Of a DNA stretch of 64,000 nucleotides, positions 1 to 11,221 are shown piece after piece (the stretch's first letter is position 1; every line of letters begins with the position of its first letter). The DNA is taken from NCBI GenBank assembly GCA_029953675.1, contig JAMWBK010000010.1, forward strand, positions 496,001-560,000. The letters run 5' to 3'. The notes below the pieces were generated by a model. The model had not been told where the DNA came from and did no database searches. It saw only the letters and a program-made list of their open reading frames with translations. A program made the position numbers and the translations under genes. Source of the DNA: Rhodosorus marinus CCMP1338 (taxonomy: Eukaryota > Plantae > Rhodophyta).

Positions 1-477
1 CGGGCCCAGGATCGTCCGCTAGTGGAGCCGACCGCTCTCCAGGATCGGCGGGGGTTGAAGGTTGCAACTCCGACGATTCCTGTGCCACATCTCGCACATC
101 CTCACCAACCGAAGCTGAACGCAAATTTTCATCTATTTCACCTTCTTCACCCTCCGCATGAGACTCCGCGTCGTCGAGATTGTTCCTCAGATCGTCCATC
201 TCCGCAGTCTCCTCATCTCTCACACTTCATCTTCTCAAAACACCACGTCTGCTCCCACCAAGTCTCATTGAATACAACCTTCCGCTTTCAACACAGTTCA
301 GATCAGGGTTTTCGAAAAAACTACCCACAGCTAGAGAGGCGTCCACAAACCAAAGAAAGAGAAGGCTATCCCGCCCTTTCAATCTTGAGACCATTCACTT
401 GTCCATTCCAACCTCTGCAGACATTCTGCAAAGGGCAAAAAACCCATACTATCTCCTCAAAAACCTCTGAAATCCTC

Positions 478-805
478 CTCTTCAGGCGCTTCAATTTGGA
501 TACTCAGCCTTTCCAATTCTCGTCGTTCTCATCTCATCCTAAAAGCCTTCCAACCCTAGCTAGTTCACGTTTCCATTCAAGCCTCTATGGACTCTTCAGC
601 CAAGTGAGAAACCACGACGTCTCCCCAAAAGACAATGTGAAATTTCGTCCTCTTCAGGCTCTTCAATTTGGATACTCTGCTTTTCCAATTCTCGTCGATG
701 TCATTCAATCCCAAGCCCTTCCAACTTGAGATATTATCACATTTCTTTTCCACCCTCTATGGACTCTTCATCTTAGTGAGAAACAATGGCGTCTCCCCAA
801 AAGAC
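478..805. repeat. Tandem duplication, period ~172 bp, 2 copies
   Basis: ctcttcaggc..cttcaatttggatactc..ttccaattctcgtcg..ctctatggactcttca..gtgagaaac..cgtctccccaaaagac starts at 478 and again at 650. Confidence 0.9.
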
Positions 806-910
806 CTTCTGATCATCTGCAGTCACAACTCTTGGGCCTCTTGTCGTTGTCATCTTGAAACGGTTAAGGTATCGTCTTCCAGAAAGGACCTCACGCCTGT
901 TATCTACCTT

Positions 911-1148
911 TCTTGAGTTGAAAGCGCTACTCTTACAACTGAAGTCTACAGGGTGCTGGTCCGTCTCATCAACAATGTAACGAATCTCTTGCTGAGTTGA
1001 AAGCGCTACTCTTACAACTAAACTCTGGCAGGGTGCTTGTCTGTCTTATCAACAAGCTACCACGAAGCTCTTCCTGAGTTCAAAACCCCTACTTTTACAG
1101 TCAATCTCTCTGCAGGGTGCTAGTCCTCAACAATGTAACGAAGCTTTC
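911..1148. repeat. Tandem repeat, period ~80 bp, 3 diverged copies
   Basis: gagtt(g/c)aaa.c.ctact.ttaca....cagggtgct...tcaacaa..cgaa starts at 915, 994 and 1076. Confidence 0.9.
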
Positions 1149-1760
1149 TTGAAAACGGAATGATAAGAGGTCTTCTTGACAACTCTGGGGCATAGTAAAC
1201 ATCCGCAAGGCTCATTCCGAAGTCTCCCGCATAGACAGTCGCCAGCAGCTCTTGCCCGGGGTAGAGGAGGCTCACTAGTGATTTCGTCTCAAGCGTATTC
1301 AACACGAAGACCAAATTGTTCCTTGAACAGAGCCACAGTGCGTTTCGAAGAGGATGGAATCTAGTCTTGCTTTGCTCCTGACAGAATCCCAGGTTGAAGG
1401 GAAATTTCTTATTGTCAAAGGCTGGATACTCACAACTGCCAGAGGAAGAAGACGTTCAGCGAGAGGGCGCGTCGACAGCGGGTCCCGTAAGGTTCCTTAC
1501 CTATGGAACAGTATACCCGGACCATGCTCTGCTGATGAGAATGCATGTCCATGATGTAGATCGTATCTGTCAAGTGTGCAAGGCCTGCCTGTGTTCACGA
1601 CAGCCTTTTGAACTGCTTTAAACAGAGCTTTGATATGGGCATTGGTGTCACTACTCTCGAAGCTGAACACGTTTTCCTCGCGTGGAAGTGGTCGGCATTT
1701 TCCAAACTGACGCGAGCTAGAAGGCGACTTTTGGGAACGAGAAAAGCGTTCTCGCCTCAT
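1120..1760 (-). CDS. Possible spliced hypothetical protein; 5' end unresolved
   Basis: A canonical-looking 65-bp intron (GTAAGG...tcttcctctggCAG, 1500-1436) joins ORF 1760-1501 in frame to an open reading of ~105 codons ending at 1120. The plus-strand ORF at 1814-2173 is a competing reading of the neighbourhood. Confidence 0.35.
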
Positions 1761-2612
1761 CAGATCTTGCAGGTTTCCTGAATAAGAACTACGCTAGCTT
1801 ACCAGAACAGCCTTTGAATCGAACCGAAGCCAGTCCGCTAGGAACGTTGTGTCCCAGCTGGGAATTCCCTTCTGGATCTGTACACACGAAGCGAATCCGT
1901 CGAAGCTCCGTTCACTGTAATTTGGGTGCTCTTCGGCTGCCTTCATCACTCGCGCAGCGACTCGAGCTCGAGCTGCTGAGTTGTCATGTTCCGACTCGTA
2001 GAGCGGTCGCCTGCAAATCTGAGGAGATCTCTTACTCGACCATTGAATGCATTGTACGAAAGGCATTGCCGACGAACCCTGACTTGTTAAGCAGGAATAA
2101 ATCTCTGGCGGCCCTCGAAAAGACGCTCCGAAATACTCATATACTCACGAGCTACACACACTGCCATGGATGAGCTAAATGACAGCCCTGGGAGCAGATC
2201 AGCATGACGCTCGGAGACATTGCCATCTCCGTCAGCGAGTTCGTTGAGGAGCATCGTGGTTTGCTTCTACGAGCCACTTCATGCTGCGTCTAGTTTGGTA
2301 TCGGCTAAAGGAAAGCTCGAAGCCGGTGATCGGATGTTCATTAGGGAAGAGATGATTCTGCCTCAAAAGGAGAACCTGGTTTTTGAGATGAGGTATACCC
2401 TCTAGGGAGTTGACTAGTAGCAGCCGTTGCTGCTTTCTGTTCTCTGTGATGTCGAAGGAATGACAAAGCTCTTGGAGCTGCTGCAGTTTTTAGCTGGTGG
2501 TTGTTTTCGCTCTCATCGGTTAGGTGAGGCTCAGCAACAGAGTTCTTAGATTATGCCCAAGCAGAAGAATAAATGTTGGTTTTCGAGTTAAATCACAATT
2601 TTGAGAACGCAG

Positions 2613-3386
2613 TTAATCCGTGGTTTCAGAAAGTTGTCTTCGGATGCAATCGGAATCAAAGTACTGTCTGCTGACGACCAAAAGGCCGTAGACTGACACC
2701 ATCCCTCCCCAGTAGAGAAAGTTTACTGCTGCCAGCATTTGGATCCACACGTTGAAGTCCACGGACTGCAGAAAGCATTGGTACACCACACCCAGTCGAT
2801 AGAGTTGCAGTGTCAGAACGATTATTAGTCTTGACACAATGCTTGCTCGAGGACGGGAAATGCACCACTCGAAGAACCTCTGGATTGCACGATAAGAATC
2901 ACTGTCAGAAGCGAATCAAAAAAAGTTTCCCGGCTTTCTCACGTTTACTACGTTTTGGTCGTCCCTCACCTCTACGAAAAACCAAAACAATGGTCTTCCG
3001 AGTAAAACACGGACCTGCTCGTCGTCTGTAGAGATGTACAGGTACAACGGCAGTGCCAGAGTAATGAGGACGCTGAAAGGTATCGCCGCTCTCAGCACAT
3101 TAATATTAGGCGCAATTGAGACAATTTTCTCCGAACTATCATTTACGCCAGTAGTCCAAATCACCACAATGAAGTACGCGAAGAACAAAGCCGCAAGAAT
3201 TCCCTCCTTCACCTCCACTGACTTGTCCACGAAGATAAAGTAGTACATTCCGTAAAACGATGCCAAAGACACCGCTCCAAACACATACTTCAGAGGTATC
3301 ACCGTCTTGATGAGCTCTAGGACATTCTCCTTGGTAACCTGCCGCGTGGTCACTCCACCCTCCTCACCAGAACTCTCATGCTCCAT
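2613..3386 (-). CDS. Multi-pass membrane protein of unknown function
   Basis: Two hydrophobic exons (MEHESS...LALPLYLYIS and ...SRLIIVLTLQLYRLG...LAAVNFLYWGGMVSVYGLL...ETTD*) with an intron near 2895-3020. The splice phase was not resolved. Confidence 0.7.
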
Positions 3387-5234
3387 GCCTACCTAGTCAA
3401 CCTTAAAACCCAAATCCCCTCCGTCCAGCTCTAAATCCCCCCGAAACTTCGACAAAACCCTCAAAAGCTTCTACCAAAGCCCATCAAGGTCTGAGCGAAC
3501 TACAACCTTACTAAATAGCATCCCGAGATCCCTTCTTACACAGCCAAACCCTTCACAAAACTCAGACTATTCCTTTCCCATCCGCTTCCTTCTTCTTCAT
3601 CCTCCTCAAACCTTCGCCAAAATATTTTCTTTTCAATAAAACCTCCGTTTTTCCCTGCTCACGTCTCTCAACTCTTTGGAGTTGTCCATCAATCAATGAA
3701 AAGTTAAGCTCCCACCCCCGTTCTGACAACAATTCTGACGAGTATACACCCCCCTTAATATTTGCACTTAATTCATCGCCTCGATAAATATTTGAACATT
3801 TCCTCGCTAAGCATTGAGATTTGTGACCCGCGGAGCTGACCTGGTATGGTCGGCTTTATACCCGGGTTTTCTCATCAGCTAGTCAATATATATGAGTAGT
3901 TGGAAGAGTGATTAATTGAATGGGATAATTTTTAGATAGCAGCTATTATCTTCGGAGTAACTTTGTGAATTTCGGAATAGGGATTGAACTGGGGTTGTGG
4001 GGCCTAGTTTGGATGCAACACACGGTCCGCCGAGGATGTGGGTTGGGTGTGTCAGCAGGATGGGTGGGTGACTTGAATAACTCGGTTTGGATATGTGATA
4101 CAAGGTTAGACGCAGAGCTCATACCCCGACCATCCCCGAGAGATTTTGTCCGCGGGAAGGGGTTTACAGAGCGTTGAAACATGGCCGAAAACAAACAGCT
4201 CTCAAACTGCTTTTCTGCTGCATTTGGTGAACTGTCGAAGGGACCCCCACGACTGCACCCGTGCTCGCGTAAATCTGGACGAGATCCGTCTGTTTTCGCA
4301 TAACTGCCGCCTTGGAATCATGCTGTCGTAAGCACTGCATGATGTGCTGGAGCCCTGAAAAGCTGAGTGTGCTCCGTTTGATATTGGACGTCGATGCCAA
4401 TTAGTCCATTCTCCAGGGACTAATGGCATCGACGCCTCGTATCAAACGGAGCTGTTATGTCCCACTCAGATACTCTGCTCTTAAGAAAAGGCAACAGGAA
4501 GCGAAATCCCCTCTTGCGCTCGAGTGCAGCGACCTGATGTTGACGTCCGATTGCTGCTCAGACCTCGACATGTTCTCCCCAACGCGGGGCTTCCACCGAA
4601 CAGATGAGAGGGGAAGCGTTGGGAGGGTGGGGGTGAAGGTGGAGACAAGGGTGGCAACGAAAAAGCCTTCGCAGATTTCAGGGATGAAGAGCTAGCTAAA
4701 CTCTTCGTCTCTTCACTTAGAAAGCCACGCACAGAAACGGAGCCTCCTTACCAAGCACTTCAACCCCAGCTGATCCCCGCAATCACCGTTTCCCTCTACG
4801 TGCCCAAACGTGTAAAATTCCCGCGTTTTATAACTAATTATATATCAACATCTGTCCTTTGATACCAATCACCAGCTAGATAATGTTTTCTTCCGAAAAC
4901 ATATTTCTGATTTTCTGTTTTTGTGACGTTGGACTTTTTCCATGAGGCATGGAAATGATTATCTTCAGAAAGGCGGTTGGCGGAGAAGACGTGTGGAGAG
5001 ACGCGAAGGGGCAGTTGAGATGGTATGTTCCAATAAGCATGTGAATGCTGTTCTGACTGTTAACGACTGGTTTCGATATTGCTAGAGATACTCAACGTTT
5101 CGAGTTTCCGAGCTAGTATTTACGTATTGATTGTTTTATTTTGGGGGCGCGGTGTTTTCTTTTGTTGACGGACGGGGGTGATTGGGGATAGAGCCGGGGG
5201 GGTTTTGCAGCAGGTCTGTTTCGTTTAGTTTCCG

Positions 5235-5984
5235 ATGAGTGCGGTTGATGTTTTCAATGTCCAAGTGCTCGATAATCCTGCGCCGTTTACGAACACGTTG
5301 CAGTTCGAGATCACGTATGAAGTCCGAGAGACCTTGACACAAGGTAATTGAGGGGATTTGCACGTCAAGTTTAATATTTCCAGACGCCTTTTTCTGAGAA
5401 ACGATTATGGGTTTTTGCGCCTCCGCAGATATCGAGTGGAAAGTGACGTATGTAGGTTCCGCTGAAGATCAGGCGCATGATCAGGAACTCGACTGTGTCC
5501 TGTTACCAGCCGATACCCCGGGTCGATTCAAGTTTGTGCTTGAAGTGCGTGCACTCGTTTGTTCATCTCTGACCTTCCTGAGAGCTTTTGGAATATTATT
5601 TGCTGAATCGTGGCCTGTAATCGACTAAACTAGGTCGATCCTCCAGAACCCAAGCTGATACCTTCGCAGGACTTGGTCGGCGTTACTATCATTCTTCTAA
5701 CGTGCTCGTATCGGGAAAGGGAGTTTCTGCGCGTTGGCTACTATGTAAACAATGAATACACGGACTCTGAACTTCAGGAGAATCCTCCCGCTACGCCTGT
5801 GATTGACAAGATCGTACGGAACATCGTTGGGGATCAACCCAGAGTCACCAAGTTCAGACACAAGTTCGATTTTGGAGACCCTAACGAGGAGCTGAGCGTG
5901 GACAGGCAGGCCGAGATTCAAGCTGAGCGGGACACTTTGACAGAGGAGGCAAGGAAGCGCAACACGGCGAATGCCGCTGTCTGA
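5235..5984 (+). CDS. ASF1: Histone chaperone ASF1 (3 exons: 5235-5343, 5429-5544, 5634-5984)
   Basis: The spliced product has VQVLDNPAPF..FEITYE, DIEWKVTYVGSAE..DQELD, VGVTIILLTCSY..EFLRVGYYVNNEY and PRVTKF. Both introns are GT-AG. Confidence 0.97.
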
Positions 5985-6108
5985 CACGGTGGTTGATATC
6001 CACAGACTCTTTTTTTTTTGTTCTGTATATACCAATAGATATGTATATTATAGGATTGCAAGGACCTGGATGAGTTTCTCGCTATTTCTTTGCCGCCTGA
6101 GCGTGTGC

Positions 6109-6892
6109 CTATCTTAAGCCGGCTATTAATTTCTCGATTTCCGCATCCTCGTCACTGATCTTTGAGGGTTGCGCGTTACTCTGATTTCACAATAAGAACA
6201 GCAGTGGTCGTTAAGCCTCTCACATCGATATGCGACATAACCTTGTGGCTACTTACCTTTGTCGTTGGAGCGGACTTCATAGCACCCTGCTGATCAATCT
6301 TCAGCTCGTCGAAGACCTGGTTAATAATATCCTCGCTCTCACTGGCGTAGTCCTCCGCAACGTCGTCGAAGGCGTCATCCATCATCTCCGAGACCATATT
6401 CAATTTCTCTGCTTCCCGTTGATAGTTTTGCGTGGTTTTTATCGCGGCTCCGGCATCCATTTGTTTGTTTGCCTTGCTCATGACATCCCCAACCTTGCCC
6501 ATCGTTTCAGCCATAGTTTTTTGGGTGTTCATCATCTTCATCTGTGTAGTCATTCCCCCAACCTGAGCGGTTTGTTTCTTAAGCTGATCTTGCTTTTTCC
6601 TATTCTGAACCAACAACGCAGCAAAATGCCTCGAACCTTCAACATCGCCCTAATAATTCGTAGACAAAAACACAAAAACGCTCTATTAAGCCCTCGACCA
6701 AAGACCCGTACAACAAGCAAGTCGAGACCACCCTACCTTCTTCCCCTTCTCTTTAATCATGCCCTTAAGCTTCTCCTCCTCCCGTCTCAAGTCATTGTTA
6801 AGCTTGCTAAGGTCACGCTGAGCCTTGCTGACCTCCCGAGTCCCTTCTCTCAAAGCCTTATTTCTCTCATCCTTGCTCGATGACGTCGGCAT
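6109..6892 (-). CDS. VPS2: ESCRT-III SNF7-family subunit, VPS2/CHMP2-like (3 exons)
   Basis: Coiled-coil N-terminus (QRDLSKLNNDLRREEEKL), QKTMAETMGKVGDVMSKANKQMD, EKLNMVSEMMDDAFDD, ESEDIINQVFDEL, and a MIM-like end (DAEIEKLIAGLR*). Confidence 0.88.
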
Positions 6893-8692
6893 TCTTTAAA
6901 CCGTTACAAACCCCCTCTCACCTTCAAAAGGCTTTCTCAATCCAGAAACTAATGCTCAAAAACTAAACTTCACCTCAATAACCAACCATCCAACTACTCA
7001 ACCCCTACTCTCTACAAGTACCCCAGACCCCAATCCGAACTGCTTGAATCGTCTTCTTCCTTAAATGCCTTTCTACTCAACCAGAAGAGCCTCTACTGTC
7101 ATGAACAAAGACCGTCACCCATGCTAAGGTGACATGAGGCAACTTCTAAAAAAACTATCCACAAAAAAGGAACAAACCGTAATCCTATTTCGCAGATCAA
7201 ATTGTAACTATTTGAAAAATAATTAAAGAAAACAAATGTATTTCTTATCTTTTCTCGAAAAAATCTAGGTCGGCCATCAGCCGATCCGAAGTTAGAATTC
7301 ATCCCGTCCATAAAATATAGATTATTTATTTTTTATGGCCTTTGGCGGTTATCTGTAAGGGGGGGATTCTTGGAATTCCGTTGATTCGATTAGTAACCAA
7401 TGGGTGAACGACATACGATAAATTCAACGTTTTTGCTTCGCAATTAAGAAATTGCTTACAGCATATTTCGACCTGATTATTGGCTAGCTAGGGCTGAGGA
7501 GATACTGCCACCAATCATACACGTTTATGAGGGGTATTTCCAAAAAACTACTTAAGAACAATATATGAGATTTTCTTTTTTATTTTGCTTATTACTGAGA
7601 TTAAGTCGTTGATGACCGGGAATTTCACACTTCAGGGTGAGACGCACGGGAGGAGTCCTAGTAGTTAGCGGTTGATCACTACCTGTGTGTGTATATGTGT
7701 GTCTATAAAAATCCGCTAACTTTCGACTACCTAGAAGTTATCGCTTCAAGTCTGAGCATATATCCTCTGCCGAGAACCTATCTACAAGAGCTCATTTCGT
7801 TCCGGAACGTACTCTGGATGCCTTGTTCAGCGTTCACGTTGCTGCCCCACCAGAGGCCTCGGCTTCCTGAAGGGGAGTCGGAAAAGGTCAAGATCACGTG
7901 CCCTCCGAAACTCTACCAAAGCAAGACAAAATATCAGTTCTCTTGGTCTCTAACACGGCCTCGACAACACAAAAACGGAGAAATAAAACTATCTCAGCGA
8001 CCACCACCGCGAAAGCATTCTCGATAGAATCAATCCAGAAACAGAAACATGCTCTGGATGAGACGAAACCATACAGACGGATCGACTCAGTCGGAGCCTA
8101 ACATCCCCCCAACGACCGCACGATATGAGGGTGGCATAGAGAGCTCAACTACAACGACTAAGCTCATCGCTACGGACATCTCAAAAAAAGGCGTACATGT
8201 AAAATACACCCAATCCGTAAATGATTGATTACAATCAAAACAAAAAAACTTGATTGACCCCCTCCTCCAAGAAAACCAATTCGAAAAATAGCACAAATCT
8301 ATAATTCTCCGAAATAGTGTTTTATAGTATAAATTAGGATACCCTTAAAACGATGGGAATTTTTGAGGATATTTCTAATCGAGCTTTTCATATCGATTAG
8401 AAATCTTGTGTTTTGAATCGGTTGGGGAGGGGCACAAAGGAGAAAAGGAGAAGGGTTGGTGTATGTGTATATCATCGTCTGGATTCTGTGTTGGTTTGTG
8501 ATTGATCATTGGGGTCGTTGGAGGATAAGGACTCGGGTTGGAGTTGCTTTTGATTTGTGTGTGAAGTTTTAGTTTTGAAAGGAGCTTTCTGTTTTTTTAG
8601 TTTTGTGTGTTTTTGTTGGGCGTATTTTTTGGGCTTGTTTTGTGACACAGCTGTTGATGTCCGGTGTGTGTCGCTTTGGGAAGTAAAGAGCG

Positions 8693-9677
8693 ATGAAGGT
8701 TTTGGGATTGGTTTGTGGGTTGTTGGTGATCGGAGCGGTTGTTGCGGATGAGGTGACTGAGTTGAAGGTAGGGTTGTTTTAGATCTTCTTGGGATTTCAG
8801 TTGTTTGGGTTGTTTTGAGGAGATCTTGAGGCTTGACGGCGGTCGATTCCTCGGTTGTTTTTTTTGCTGAGTTCGTCTTTTTGTTTTCTGTTTGTTTGGG
8901 TTCTCATAGATCGACGTGACGTTTAAACCTGATAAGTGCGAGACCAAGGCGGCAAAGGGAGACAGGGTGGCGGTTCACTACACGGTACCGTATCGAGATC
9001 GACATCGAGTTCAGTTTGAGGGTCCGATGGGACGGATCGATCTAACTTCTTCCGAAAAATGTACCCTCTTCCTACAGGGCAAGCTCGTTGATGGAACGGA
9101 ATTTGACTCATCTCTGAAACGCAATGACCCTCTGACGCTCACTGTTGGTGTTGGCCAGGTCATCCAAGGCTGGGATGAGGGACTTTTGGGCATGTGCGAG
9201 GGTGAAAAGAGGACTTTGGTAAGGCGGCACTAAGTCCATGCTTAGATAGTCCCGCAAGGCATACGTTGCAGAGGCTTGACACTATCATCTTCCAGCAGAA
9301 TCTAACTTGAATCCGAATCGCTGTGATCAATCAGACCATTCCTCCCAACAAGGCATACGGAGAGCGAGGGGTTCCCGGCACAATTCCCAAGAACGCGGTT
9401 CTCATTTTTGACGTCGAAATGATGTCTATCACATCTGGTAGTGGAGCTGCTCCTGAAGGAGGTGACGATGAGTATGTAGACTACGACGATGCCGACTATG
9501 GAGACTACGACGGTGACAAGTATGGAGGCTACGAGGAAGATGGTAGGTGGATTGCGACATACCCTTCATCCGAATTCTCTTGCTTGAGTTTTGTCTAGTA
9601 GCCCGCGCTCACCATTTGGTTCTGACCATATACTCCTATCTGCAGAGGGAGACTACGACGAGGAGTACGACCTGTAA
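8693..9677 (+). CDS. FKBP-type peptidyl-prolyl isomerase with signal peptide and acidic tail (5 exons)
   Basis: Signal peptide [18 protein letters not shown], then GDRVAVHYT|[37 protein letters not shown]-like segment, [12 protein letters not shown] and LIFDVEM. The last exon ends GDYDEEYDL*. Confidence 0.93.
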
Positions 9678-10143
9678 ACTGTGGCCACGGGCGTGTAGGG
9701 CATACCTCGCAACGCTCCTTTTCGCTTTCCTTCTATTTGCAGTGGAAGCAAGATAAACTAGTGGTTACAGTCTTTTCCTGCTCTTCATATTCGGTCCTGT
9801 CCAGCCAGCGCCCTCGATAGTTTTAGCACTTGTTGGATACTAACGCCAAGAACTCTAGATGTCGTCCTCAAGAAAATAATCGAGCGCATAGATCGTGACC
9901 TGTCTTCGCGTGGAAAACTCGTTTGCTCTGAGATTCAGCAAACTTAGCGCCTGGCCTTTTTCCGGCCTGTTTCTTGAGCCGCCAACTGCTTCTCTCACTT
10001 AGATTTGTTTTTCATTGTTCAAGTTAGGAGTGGATACTCATCTATTTTGTGGCAACTAGTCAGTCATAGTCATACGAACAAGAAAATTCAAAGCTCGCTT
10101 TCCCAAACAGTCACAATTGGGAACGCGTAAGTCCTAGGTTGAA

Positions 10144-11221
10144 CTATTTTCGGCGGTCCAGAGCGGATGCTGCGGACAAGTCATACTTTTGCTCCGGCAC
10201 AGGAAGCTGCTGTGCCCTCCATTTCCTCAAGAACGAAGACGCTTGTTCATACACAGATAAGGAGAGAGCACTAGCTGGTGCGAGCCACATAACCCTAGCA
10301 ACTGCACCCCTAAACAACGCCATCGCACCCTCCTCCTTTACCGTAATTCTCAAGCAGTGCCATGTACTGCCATAGAGCCGCTCACTTCCCGAGGCTTGGG
10401 TTTGCATCCTGGTCTTGACAACGTCGAAGGGGTTGGTAATGAACGCTGACGCCCCTCCAGCGGCAAAGCCGATTACACCAAGCTCAACAGCGCTCAATGG
10501 AACGTCTTTCCTTATCCGCTTGTATACGGTTTTCATTCGCTCGAAGAACATGAACTGTAGGGCAGTAAACGGAACATCGCGAAGCATCGTTGGAAAGGTT
10601 CCTGAGTAGAGACCCCGTAGCCCCTCCGTCTGGTAGATCACTTTCAGCGCATGCGTTGTCGACTGGTAGTTCCGACCCGGACCCAGACCGGAAATCTGCA
10701 TTCTTTTGGCAATCACCTCTGAGGGTACATACGTCACCAGTCCACATATCTCTCCAGCAGCACCAGCAACAAAATCAACGGAGGAATCATTGGGTACGGA
10801 CAGGTGTTCATGAGCAAGTCTCCTTGTGGTTTGATAGGTGGAAAAGACGATCATGCTACATGGAATACCCCCGGCGAGAACAGCACCAAGGCCTGGATGC
10901 GAAAAAGGGTAGGGCATCCGAATCATCAGCATGTGGGGTTCGGGGTGATTTCCGAGCTCCTGGGAACCACTTACCTGCGTACAAGCCTCGTCTCGCTCCT
11001 TCTCGTTGCAGAACCTTCCGAAAACAGTCTATCATGCCGGTATACCGCGTCTCCCGTTGAGCTTGTAGGCGCGCTTTAACAGTATCTACAGGGTGCATCA
11101 TGCAGTCTGCTACGACCGTGGCAACCCCTCCAGCCGCAGCATCTATCAGAGCCAGTTCCCACAAGCTCTTGTTAAACTTTTTAACCTCTCCGCTATCAAC
11201 TCTTGAGAAACCAAAACTCAT
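10144..11221 (-). CDS. Mitochondrial carrier family (SLC25) protein (2 exons)
   Basis: Three carrier signatures: HPVDTVKARLQ, VPSEVIAKRMQ and NPFDVVKTRMQ. Also EGLRGLYSG and LRDVPFTALQF. An alternative upstream ATG lies at 11245. Confidence 0.95.

Larger units (their letters stand above)
100..1170 (+). pseudogene. Degenerate leucine-rich/FNIP-like repeat relic
   Basis: LRR-like peptides lie in different frames separated by stops and frameshifts: LRVVEIVPQIVHLRSLLIS, LPPSLIEYNLPL, LQALQFGYSAFPIL (twice) and RVLVLNNVTKL. The region also has internal tandem duplications. Confidence 0.35.

Noticed and set aside
1120-1314. Kinase-like DFG...YYAPE words in the minus-strand ORF
   Set aside because: There is no HRD/catalytic loop, VAIK lysine or Gly-rich loop in the spliced upstream frame, and the ORF stops about 18 residues after APE.
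6230-6883. 217-aa plus-strand ORF
   Set aside because: It is the shadow of the VPS2-like gene on the minus strand.
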